In this document: positions 1 through 8,409 of the stretch, one piece after another | How the letters are laid out: each line of letters starts with the position of its first letter | Numbering within the stretch: the first letter of the stretch is position 1 | DNA from: Thermodesulfobacteriota bacterium | GTDB taxonomy: Bacteria > Desulfobacterota > BSN033 > UBA1163 | Direction of reading: 5' to 3' | Length of the DNA: 64,000 nt | NCBI GenBank assembly: GCA_049513055.1 | Contig: JBEKWN010000008.1 | Location: forward strand, 21,669-85,668 | The notes under the pieces: model-generated | The model's input: the letters and a program-made list of their open reading frames with translations, nothing else | Databases searched by the model: none | Told to the model about the DNA's origin: nothing | Translations under genes and position numbers: made by a program

Positions 1-5
1 TCTCA

Positions 6-599
6 TCAAATTTTTTTGTTCTTAAAGTACTTATAAACAATCCATCCGGTGAGCAAGATGACAAGAATAAGAATTCCGATATGCTCAATTCTTTTCACAT
101 CCTTTTGTAAAATCTGGATGCTATTGCCTCCTAAAAAACCTATTCCAACCATTAGAGTGATCGTTAGAATCGCTGAAGCCGCATCAGCCATAAGAAACTT
201 TAGAGCGGACATTTTCATTACTCCTGCTGCGAGGAAGATCTGGGCCCTTATCCCTAAAAAATGCCTTCCGACGAAGACGGCGAAGATGCCCCATTTCTTA
301 AACTTCTCTTCAAGTCTTGAAAGCTTCTCAGCGGATATGATTCGGCGAAATCTTTTATGTTCAACCACCCTTCTGCCGTATTTCTTGCCAACCCAGTAGA
401 GGGAAAAGTCAGTCAGTAGGAGACCAGAATAGACAACCAGAAGCGTTGGTAATAGCTTTGTCACTTTTTGAGCAATTTAAAATCCACTCAATATAAGCGT
501 ACCATCTTCTGGAAAGGGTAATCCAATATCTCCGAGAACCAAGAGAAGAAAAATGCCGATGTATGGAAAATGTTCTATGAAAGCAGTTGCCTCAAACAT
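6..599 (-). pseudogene. DedA/TVP38 (SNARE-associated) family membrane protein interrupted by an in-frame TAA at 477..479. The track ORF 6..464 is the C-terminal 152 aa. The first 40 aa (MFEATAFIEHFPYIGIFLLLVLGDIGLPFPEDGTLILSGF) continue in the same frame at 480..599.
   Basis: Manual translation of the minus strand across 465..600 gives one continuous DedA-like sequence (GDIGLPFPED...LILSGF-stop-IAQKVTKLLPTLLVVYSG...YWVGKKYGRR) with a single TAA inside. Confidence 0.55.
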
Positions 600-670
600 C
601 AAATAAATTATATCAAGCCTTTTTCAAAAATACAGTGTTTACTTTTGTAGAACAAATGATTAACTTTTTT

Positions 671-1987
671 TCAATTTTGAGTGGGTATCTTTATTTCCGA
701 TTTTTCTGAAAGGATGCCCTTTCTTATGTAGATTGGGCGAACCATTGTCCTCAATGAAGGAAGTATTTTCATGAACATGAACGAGCCTAAAATACATGAA
801 ACCCCGCCTATTATCAGAGTATTCGGAGCGCCAATCTTGCTCGCTAGGCTCCCCGCTAATAAGCTTCCGAAAGGGGCCATCCCCATAAATGCCATTGCAT
901 AGAGGCTCATTACCCGACCACGTTTATCATCCTCAACAATTGTCTGCAAAATAGTATTACTCGATGCCATTTGCACCATCATTCCAAAACCGGTAAATAC
1001 CAATAGGAACAAAGATAACCATAAGACATGAGATAGAGAAAAAGTAATGAGTCCACTTCCGAAAATAATGGAAGCGGCTACTATGATTCTGCCCAATCCC
1101 AATACACTTTTCCTTGATGCCAGAAAAATGGCACCGGCCACAGCACCCATCCCTGAAGCTGCCATAAGAAAACCGAGTGTATGAGGGCCGCCATGAAGAA
1201 TATCTTTGGCAAAAATAGGCATTAGGACTGTGTAAGGCATTCCCATTAGGCTGACCAGACCAAGGAGAAATAGAATAAACCGGATGGGGGCAAAACCAAA
1301 GGCATAAGTAAATCCTTCTTTCAAACCATGCCAAACCCGGGTCCTCTGGATTTCTTTTTTTTTAAATGTGGTTTTCATTGCTAGGAGAGCCACAATCACT
1401 GCAAGAAAACTCAGCCCATTGAGAAGAAAACATAGTCCTTCCCCCAGGATCGAAATCACGATGCCTCCGATGGAGGGCCCAACCAATCTGGCACCATTAA
1501 ACAGGAAGGAGTTCAAGGCAATGGCGTTTGATAAGTCTTCTTTTTTTTCTACCATGTCCACGACGAATGCTTGGCGAGCCGGTGCATCAAAGGCATTCAC
1601 AAAACCAAGGAATAGGATGAGGATGATGAGATGCCAAACATCGATCATGCCGGTCAAATCCAGAATAGCTAAGACAAAGGCTTGTATCATAGCCAGTGTT
1701 TGTGTAATGACGAGGATGCGATGGCGATTCAATCGGTCAGATAGAAGACCCGAAAAAGGAGCTAAAAGAAAGGTGGGAATCAGACCTAAAAATCCTGCCA
1801 TACCCAATAAGAAGGCTGAATTGGTTAAACGATAGACCAACCAGCTCATTGCAATCTGCTGCATCCAGGTGCCGATCAGAGAGATGCCTTGACCCCCAAA
1901 AAAAAGGCGATAGTTTCTATGGGTGAGAGCTCGAAAGATCAGCTTTAGACCTTTCGCATCAACAGAGCGGGATTTATCTGATTCCAT
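671..1987 (-). CDS. MFS transporter (major facilitator superfamily, about 12 TM)
   Basis: 438 aa hydrophobic ORF with typical MFS loop motifs (GLLSDRLNRHR). Confidence 0.8.
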   Translation of the reverse strand: MESDKSRSVDAKGLKLIFRALTHRNYRLFFGGQGISLIGTWMQQIAMSWLVYRLTNSAFLLGMAGFLGLIPTFLLAPFSGLLSDRLNRHRILVITQTLAMIQAFVLAILDLTGMIDVWHLIILILFLGFVNAFDAPARQAFVVDMVEKKEDLSNAIALNSFLFNGARLVGPSIGGIVISILGEGLCFLLNGLSFLAVIVALLAMKTTFKKKEIQRTRVWHGLKEGFTYAFGFAPIRFILFLLGLVSLMGMPYTVLMPIFAKDILHGGPHTLGFLMAASGMGAVAGAIFLASRKSVLGLGRIIVAASIIFGSGLITFSLSHVLWLSLFLLVFTGFGMMVQMASSNTILQTIVEDDKRGRVMSLYAMAFMGMAPFGSLLAGSLASKIGAPNTLIIGGVSCILGSFMFMKILPSLRTMVRPIYIRKGILSEKSEIKIPTQN

Positions 1988-2040
1988 TTTTTGAAGGAGT
2001 CCTCTTCAGAAACTTAAAGAGTCTTTTTACTCGATTTGCT

Positions 2041-2496
2041 CTATTTGATTAACTCTTCAACCTCCTTTTTCTCTCTCTTGTAAAACATCTTCTTCGCCAT
2101 TTCCGCTGCAACAATGTAGAGAACCATAATCACACCCAGTGCGATAAAGAATGGAATTGGCAGGGGACGAAATTCAAAAAGGCCTCGTAAGGGGCTGAAA
2201 GGAAAAGCAAGCGTCACCCCTACCATGAGCAGAGTTGCAGTCAGCAAATATTTTCCAGACCTGCTCTGGAAGAAAGGTCTGCGTGTACGAATGACGAGAA
2301 CAATCACCGAAGCCGAAATCACAGATTCCAGAAACCAGCCGGTTCTGAACGAATCCGGTTGAGCATGAAGAATGAGCAGAAGCACGCCAAAGGTGAGAAA
2401 GTCGAAGACCGAACTTACTGGACCAAAGGTGATCATAAAGTTGCGGATGAACTTGATGTCCCAGCGACGAGGAGAATATCGACACTGTTTCCTCAT
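2041..2496 (-). pseudogene. mgtA: Remnant of the C-terminal ~150 aa of a Mg2+-importing P-type ATPase (MgtA, cation_ATPase_C region). No upstream catalytic domains are present.
   Basis: Strong similarity to the E. coli MgtA C-terminus: FMI(T/F)FGP(V/I)SS(V/I)FD(F/I)LTF...IRTRR(P/V)(F)FQS...ALPFSPL. A complete MgtA is about 900 aa. Here only 151 aa exist, and the upstream 4 nt overlap a different gene. Confidence 0.6.
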
Positions 2497-2855
2497 TTAG
2501 CCAATATCATCTTCAGCGCAATCAGAAGCAATGCGACCCCAAATATCCTTTCTAAAATTACATTGGACAAATGAGTCGCGAGCTTAGCACCCAGCAGACC
2601 ACCGAAAAAGAAACCGATGCAGATCAAGGCGGCTATATGCAAGTCTACATACCCCTGTTTGTAATATGTCCATGCAGCAAGTATTCCAATTGGTGGAACT
2701 AGTAAGGCCAATGTTGTGCCTTGGGCGAGATGTTGAGAAAATCCAAATAAAAAGATTAAGGCGGGCACAATAATCGTTCCACCACCAATCCCAATCAATC
2801 CACTAAGGATTCCAGCGACTAAACCCAAGAGCAAGTAAAGTGAGATATTCATCAT
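2493..2855 (-). CDS. Half-size TauE/SafE (DUF81) family membrane protein, a single 4-TM repeat
   Basis: LVAGILSGLIGIGGGTIIVPALIF motif. Good RBS (GGAGG) 8 nt upstream. Only 120 aa, against about 250 aa for canonical TauE. Confidence 0.6.
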   Translation of the reverse strand: MMNISLYLLLGLVAGILSGLIGIGGGTIIVPALIFLFGFSQHLAQGTTLALLVPPIGILAAWTYYKQGYVDLHIAALICIGFFFGGLLGAKLATHLSNVILERIFGVALLLIALKMILAK

Positions 2856-2922
2856 ATCTAAACCTCCCCTAGCTTAAAATATAACACTTATCGGGTCGTT
2901 TATAGAGAAAAACTTAATTGGC

Positions 2923-3408
2923 TTATCTCACCTCCACTTGGACCTTACCCATATTCCCGCTTCGGTGATCAAGGGCAAGTAAGGTTATTTTCTGTTTCGG
3001 CTTTAATGAACCCGCCAGGTCAATAAAGCTCTCCAAATTTTCGATGGGCTGATTCTCAATTCCCAGGATGATATCCCCTACTTCAAAGCCTGCTTCTCCT
3101 AAAGGTCCTTTAGAATCTACCCAGGTAACGACAACCCCCTGTTTATTATTGAGGCCATACTTGTTGACTTCTCTAGACGATACCACACGCACCTCTACTC
3201 CCAACCGTTCTTTGACAGCGGTAGCCAAGACTTTAGTTGACGATTCGAGATTTCCAATCCTGATGCTAAGTTCTTCCCTTTTACCATTTCGAAGAATGGT
3301 GACCTTCACTTCCTGACCAATCGGAGTAGCAACCACTTCATTTCGCAGCGTGCTAGAATCGGGAATCTCTTTTCCTCGATAAGCAATCACCACATCGTTC
3401 TGCCTCAT
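2923..3408 (-). pseudogene. HtrA/DegP-family fragment holding only partial PDZ1 plus PDZ2. The trypsin-like protease domain is absent.
   Basis: GDIILGIENQPIENLESF and related PDZ motifs. Upstream 280 bp has no protease-domain coding potential in any frame. Confidence 0.5.
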
Positions 3409-3688
3409 CCTTAATTTTTTTGTGGTCTGGTTGGTATTCAGTCAATCCCATTCGATCATGCGACTCATAAAAGAAGGGGGAGCCAAAGGGATCGGGAAGG
3501 TCTCTTCCTTTTACTGGCTGCCTTTGCCAGGATGATGATTCGAAAGGGATTAGAAGGATGGATGGATTTATTTAACCAGTCCCCATAACCCAACAACGGG
3601 AATATATTTTTTATTGGACTAAATAAGGGCGACTCGTTTTGAGAAGATTCATTTACCTTCTCATATAAAAACTTTAAAGGACAAATGA

Positions 3689-4114
3689 TTAAGTACATCG
3701 AACTAGAAAAATGGGCTTTGTTGCATGGCTGAGCAACTTTTCCGCAACACTCCCAAGGAGCCAACGTTTGACTCCGCTGCGACCATGTGTAGACATGGCT
3801 ATCAAATCTATATCCTTTTGGGCGGCGTGGTCCAGAATCTCTCCTGCCTCATCTCCGTATCGAACATGGCTTTCCACTCTGAATCCTTTGGCTTGAAGCC
3901 GCTTTCCTATTCCTTGTAGATATTTCTCTGCCTCCCGAACGACCTTAACCTCTGCCTCGGTAGGGTCAACTCCTGGAAAGGTATGAGCATAGGCTACTCG
4001 CAACAGGGCAATGCTGACTTTTAAGTCAGTAGCCAACTTCTCAACCGTGGAAAGAATATTCTCTGCACACTCTGATCCGTCTAGAGGGACAAGGATTTTT
4101 TCATACTTCTCCAT
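3689..4114 (-). CDS. Universal stress protein (UspA family)
   Basis: KILVPLDGSE...DLIAMSTHGRSGVKRWLLGSVAEKLL, typical Usp ATP-binding fold motifs. Confidence 0.8.
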   Translation of the reverse strand: MEKYEKILVPLDGSECAENILSTVEKLATDLKVSIALLRVAYAHTFPGVDPTEAEVKVVREAEKYLQGIGKRLQAKGFRVESHVRYGDEAGEILDHAAQKDIDLIAMSTHGRSGVKRWLLGSVAEKLLSHATKPIFLVRCT

Positions 4115-4174
4115 AATCTCCTCCCTTATATTTTTTATTAAAAAATTTTAAAGCTCTCAGATAATCGCCGGGGA

Positions 4175-4351
4175 TTACGTCCTCCGATTTCTCATATTGG
4201 TTGCCAGCCCTGCCCTTGAAGATAGTCGATTCTCCAAAATCAATTGGTCAATAATCTCTCCACAAAAGATGCATCTCCATCCGAAAAATTCTTCACATAT
4301 ACCGTAGAATTTTTCGAAGACCATGGTTCCACCACAACGACAACACTTCAT
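4175..4351 (-). CDS. YgiT-type Cys4 zinc-finger small protein of 58 aa (MKCCRCGGTMVFEKFYGICEEFFGWRCIFCGEIIDQLILENRL...)
   Basis: Below the 60 aa ORF-track cutoff. GGAGG RBS. MKCxRCGG...CIFCGE matches the YgiT/MqsA N-terminal zinc-ribbon pattern. A near-identical paralog lies at 28100..28243. Confidence 0.5.
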   Translation of the reverse strand: MKCCRCGGTMVFEKFYGICEEFFGWRCIFCGEIIDQLILENRLSSRAGLATNMRNRRT

Positions 4352-4394
4352 ATGAGCCTCCAGATTAAATTTTATTAAACATCAATTATTGACT

Positions 4395-4850
4395 TCATAC
4401 CTCTTCGAGCATCGTGGTAAAGAGATCGTGGTGCTCTTCTTCATCTTCGAGAATTTCTTTAAAGATAAAAGCCGTTGTCACATCCCCTTCTTTTTGAGCG
4501 AGCTCAATGATCTTCTTGTAGAGCAGGATGGCTTCCTCTTCGGCCTTTGTGTCCAGTTCGAGAAACTCCTTTAGACTTACCCCGACCTTGATGGGTGCGG
4601 GTTTGATAGTCGGAGTTCCCTCGAGATACCAAAGCCTCTCGGCAATCTTTTCTGCATGCTTCATTTCTGTGATAGCCGTCTGCTTGAACTGGTCCTGTAC
4701 GGCAATTCCCTTCACCCCGATCGCCTGTACGTGTTGCCACATGTATTGAATGCCAACGGCCACTTCTCTTGCAATAGCATCGTTTAACATTTCCTTGAGT
4801 TTGTCACTTACCTTCGTTGCCGGTTTTAATGAAACGGCCATGTCCTTCAC
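4395..4850 (-). CDS. Bacterioferritin/ferritin-like diiron four-helix-bundle protein
   Basis: Bfr-like E..Y/H and ExxH spacing (VGIQYMWQH; EMKHAEKIAERL). Confidence 0.65.
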   Translation of the reverse strand: MKDMAVSLKPATKVSDKLKEMLNDAIAREVAVGIQYMWQHVQAIGVKGIAVQDQFKQTAITEMKHAEKIAERLWYLEGTPTIKPAPIKVGVSLKEFLELDTKAEEEAILLYKKIIELAQKEGDVTTAFIFKEILEDEEEHHDLFTTMLEEV

Positions 4851-4863
4851 CTCCTTATAGAAT

Positions 4864-5574
4864 TTACCTCATCCTTCCTTCTACGACTTTCCAATTGATA
4901 TTCTTGAAAAAGGCCTCAATGTAATCAGCCCTCTTCAACCCGTAGTCGATCATAAAGGCATGTTCAAAGACATCCAAGATCAAGACAGGGGTGCAACCAG
5001 CAGGATGCCCTACATCATGCTCATTGATCCAGAAGTTGACCAACCTTCCTGTAAGAGGATCCTCATAGAGAATAGCCCAACCAATTCCCCGCATCGCTCC
5101 TACCCCTTTAAACTCTTTCTCCCAGACTTCAAAACTTCCAAACTCTTCAGAGATCTTTTTGAACAACTTTCCTGTTTTTTCTAAACCTCCTTTGCCACCG
5201 AGATTTTCGAAATAATATTCATGAAGTTTCATCCCATTGAATTCCCATCCGAATCTCCTCTTCAATTCAGAAAATTCAGGCGTGCCCACTTTTCCCTCTT
5301 TGAGCATCTGACCGAGGATTTCGATGAGTTTATTGGTATTCGCGACGTACCCTTGATAGAGGGTGAAGTGGTTTTTCAGGAGTGTTTCACTGAATCCCTC
5401 CATTCCCAAAAGTCGGCTGTAATCTTTTGCAATATAGGTCATCTTTTCCTCCTTTCTTGTCTGGGCCAAAGAGGTCTTGGGTTTACTGGATAGGAAAAAT
5501 AATCCTCCAAGACCAGATAGGGTTAGAAACTGGCGTCGATTAAAAATCAAAGCTTTCAGAATCTCCTTTTTCAT
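4864..5574 (-). CDS. Fe/Mn superoxide dismutase with an N-terminal twin-arginine (Tat) signal peptide
   Basis: SOD signatures LHEYYF and DVFEHAF. RRQFLTLSGLGG Tat motif at the N-terminus. Confidence 0.85.
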   Translation of the reverse strand: MKKEILKALIFNRRQFLTLSGLGGLFFLSSKPKTSLAQTRKEEKMTYIAKDYSRLLGMEGFSETLLKNHFTLYQGYVANTNKLIEILGQMLKEGKVGTPEFSELKRRFGWEFNGMKLHEYYFENLGGKGGLEKTGKLFKKISEEFGSFEVWEKEFKGVGAMRGIGWAILYEDPLTGRLVNFWINEHDVGHPAGCTPVLILDVFEHAFMIDYGLKRADYIEAFFKNINWKVVEGRMR

Positions 5575-5808
5575 TATCCAATGACCCCTCCTGTTTCAAC
5601 ACACTGAAAAAGTCTCCCCTTTGTATCACATCCATGTTTCGTCTTGGTTATAGGTGAAGGTGTGTTCTTGAGAACAGATGATCATTATGAGCCCTTCTTA
5701 AGAGGGAAAAAGGCTGCAATTCTCGGTGGTTCGTTACCTCCTGATTTTGCCATCTCCCCAAGGGATTAGAAAGACAGGCAAATAGCAACGGGGAACCTGG
5801 AGTAATTG

Positions 5809-6606
5809 CTAATTCCACGGAAGTGTAAATACAAAGTTCGAACCATTTTCTTTGGCTTCGTACCATATGTCACCCCCATGTTTCTGAATGATCGTTTTAA
5901 TAAGGTATAGACCAAGCCCCATAGCATCCAAAATTCCATTTCCATTGCCGTTATTTCCAAAACGCATAAACTTTGTAAAAAGTTTGTCACGGTGATCTTC
6001 TGGGATGGGCTTTCCGCTGTTAAAGACATTCAACCGGCAGCATGAACCGTAATTTTCAAAACCAATGGCGATCGTGCTCCCTTTGTCACCATACTTAATG
6101 GCGTTTTTAAGAAGATTCCTGAAAACTATCTTCAACCAGATCTTGCTTCCCTTAATGGGAATTTCGTTGGAAGAGATTGTACTCAGACAATTGTCGATCA
6201 GGATATGTCGGTCCTTTATCTCTGCAGCAAGTTCTTCCAAGACCGGGTTTATAATATCCTGCCTCAAATCCCATGTTTCGCCCTCCATCTCTAAATCATC
6301 ATTGAGTGAAAAGGTTCGGCCAAAATATTCTTCGGTTATGCCAATTAAGCTGATAGTTTTTGAAAGCAGGTCTTTCAGATTCTTCGCCACCCCCTCATCC
6401 ATTTTTCCGTAATAACCACGGCTCAGCAGCTTCAGGGTTGCCGACATAGAAATAAGGGATCCTCTGATATCGTGCGACATTATCCTCACCATATTCAGAA
6501 CCCTCTCATCGAGGTTAGGTTTCTCCGATTCTAATTGGGAATTCCTTCGTTCTTCATGAAGGCTTTGTGGATCCCTGTCCGCTATTAAGATTTGATAGCC
6601 TCCCAT
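5809..6606 (-). CDS. Soluble sensor histidine kinase (HisKA plus HATPase_c), with no TM or recognizable sensor domain
   Basis: H-box MSHDIRGSL and G-box motifs (GLGLYLIKTIIQKHGGDIW). Confidence 0.75.
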   Translation of the reverse strand: MGGYQILIADRDPQSLHEERRNSQLESEKPNLDERVLNMVRIMSHDIRGSLISMSATLKLLSRGYYGKMDEGVAKNLKDLLSKTISLIGITEEYFGRTFSLNDDLEMEGETWDLRQDIINPVLEELAAEIKDRHILIDNCLSTISSNEIPIKGSKIWLKIVFRNLLKNAIKYGDKGSTIAIGFENYGSCCRLNVFNSGKPIPEDHRDKLFTKFMRFGNNGNGNGILDAMGLGLYLIKTIIQKHGGDIWYEAKENGSNFVFTLPWN

Positions 6607-6746
6607 TTTTTGCCTCCTTAGAAGAGGTCTTAGTTTAAAGGAATTACAAATTTTTTTATATAAAATGGTATAAAAAGTAAATCAGGTGAATCTTGTATTT
6701 CAAAAAGAGAAATACTGTATTTTTTACTTGATTTCCCCTCACCCAC

Positions 6747-7208
6747 CTATGGATTTTCACTTTTTGAGCCGCTATGATCTATGCGCCGATCTGATAAAAT
6801 GGAATCGACCAATGTCAAAATATTCTCTTTGGAGGCCAGCCCTTTTGAGAGAAAATAGTTGGCTTTTGCTTGAACCGCTGCCTCTCGATATTCCGGGGTA
6901 TCGTAAGCTGTAAGAATGATAATGATCATATTGGGATATTGGGTTTTTATTTTTTTGGTTAATTCAAGGCCGCTTTCCCCGGGCAATTTAATATCCATAA
7001 AGACGAGCTCAGGGAGGAAAGTTTCTATTTTTCGTAAAGCCGCCTCTCCATCTGCAGCCTCAAAAAGTTCCATCGATGGAAATCGAGAGAGCAAAGCTTC
7101 TTTTAATAATTGCCGATAAAAAGCACTATCCTCAACGATCAATACTTTGGGCACGGTAATTTTGCCTCCTCTAAGATGGTTCCTTGCGATATGAATCATC
7201 CTGATCAA
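6747..7208 (-). CDS. Single-domain response regulator (REC only). The start is probably internal to the track ORF.
   Basis: VLIVEDS...FMDIKLPGESGLEL...ILTAYDTPEY receiver motifs. Confidence 0.7.
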   Translation of the reverse strand: MIRMIHIARNHLRGGKITVPKVLIVEDSAFYRQLLKEALLSRFPSMELFEAADGEAALRKIETFLPELVFMDIKLPGESGLELTKKIKTQYPNMIIIILTAYDTPEYREAAVQAKANYFLSKGLASKENILTLVDSILSDRRIDHSGSKSENP

Positions 7209-7602
7209 TATTTCGATCCGCTAAAATGGGTTTTAACATTCTTAGAAAGGAATCCTTTGAGAGAAAATGATCTGCCCCGCATTGATAGGCAGCCTCTCGA
7301 TATTCCGGTAAATCATAATTTGTAATAATGACGACGATGATGTCAGGATATTTAGCTTTTATCTTTTTAGTTAATTCAAGGCCATTTTCCCCAGGCAATC
7401 TGAGGTCCATAAAAATGGCGTCGGGCGGGAGAGTCTTTATTTTCTGCATCGCCTCCTCTCCGTTGGCTGCTTCAAGAATATCTATTGAAGGGAATCGGGA
7501 ACGAAGAGTCTCTTTGAGAAATTGCAAGAACAAGGCATTATCCTCAACAATTAATATGCGTTCCATATCTATTCTGATTGACTTTCCTTCCATACCCATC
7601 AT
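7171..7602 (-). CDS. Single-domain response regulator (REC only), tandem paralog of 6747..7208. The likely start is MERILIVED at 7566.
   Basis: About 65 percent identical to the adjacent RR across the REC domain. Confidence 0.7.
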   Translation of the reverse strand: MMGMEGKSIRIDMERILIVEDNALFLQFLKETLRSRFPSIDILEAANGEEAMQKIKTLPPDAIFMDLRLPGENGLELTKKIKAKYPDIIVVIITNYDLPEYREAAYQCGADHFLSKDSFLRMLKPILADRNIDQDDSYRKEPS

Positions 7603-7748
7603 GTCTCCACTTTACTAGTGTTTACAAACATGGTAAATAGGGTATACACTGTAGTTTGGGGGTTCTTAAACAGTATTTTTTAAGATGAAACCAGGAAGGA
7701 TTTTTGCCGGTAGGGTGGTTAGGTAGGAATGGAGGTGAGTTGAAAATC

Positions 7749-8408
7749 ATGAGCCAAAAATTTCGAATCGTTATCGCTGAAGACCATACAATCCTCAGGG
7801 AGGGATTACGGTCACTCCTTTCCTCAAATCCAAGTTTCGAAATCGTAGGGGAGGCAGAAGACGGCCGAGAAGCCATCAAGTGTGTTGAGAAATTCAAACC
7901 TGACCTCATCCTAACGGACCTTTCTATGCCAAGGATGAACGGTATGGAAGCCATTAAGGAAATCAAGAGGGAATCCCCAACGATTAAGGTCCTGGTCTTG
8001 ACAGTTCACAGGGCTGAGGAATATATCCTTGCCACCTTCCGGGCTGGAGCCGATGGATATCTCTTAAAGGATTCCACACACGCCGAGTTAGTGATGGCAG
8101 TTAAAAAAGTTTTAAGCGGTAAACATTATATTAGTCCTGAAATTTCAGAAAAGGTAATTGAAGGATACTTAGATGGGAGAAGAACTTTAAAAACCAAATC
8201 CTCATGGGAAACCCTGACCCAACGCGAGAGAGAGATCCTGAAATTGATTGCTGAAGGATACAAGAGCAAAGGAATTGCCGATGACCTTTGTATCAGTGTC
8301 AAGACAGTTGAAAAACACCGGGCCAACCTCATGGAGAAATTGGACCTTCATAGCATCCAAGCCCTAACCGCCTTTGCCATAGAAAGGGGACTAGTTACCC
8401 AAGAATGA
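7749..8408 (+). CDS. NarL/FixJ-family response regulator (REC plus LuxR-type HTH)
   Basis: ATG at 7749 has a GGAGGTGAG RBS. DLSMPRMNG receiver motif and the C-terminal LTQREREILKLIAEGYKSKGIADDLCISVKTVEKHR helix-turn-helix. Confidence 0.85.
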   Translation: MSQKFRIVIAEDHTILREGLRSLLSSNPSFEIVGEAEDGREAIKCVEKFKPDLILTDLSMPRMNGMEAIKEIKRESPTIKVLVLTVHRAEEYILATFRAGADGYLLKDSTHAELVMAVKKVLSGKHYISPEISEKVIEGYLDGRRTLKTKSSWETLTQREREILKLIAEGYKSKGIADDLCISVKTVEKHRANLMEKLDLHSIQALTAFAIERGLVTQE

Positions 8409-8409
8409 A

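Noticed and set aside
957-1835. ORFs 957..1334 (-) and 1368..1835 (+) inside the MFS gene
   Set aside because: Alternative-frame or antisense shadows of a long membrane-protein gene, with Arg/Ser-rich junk translation.
3465-3764. 99 aa minus-strand ORF between the degP remnant and usp
   Set aside because: No motifs and an odd composition. It overlaps the usp 3' end and is most likely noise in an AT-rich spacer.
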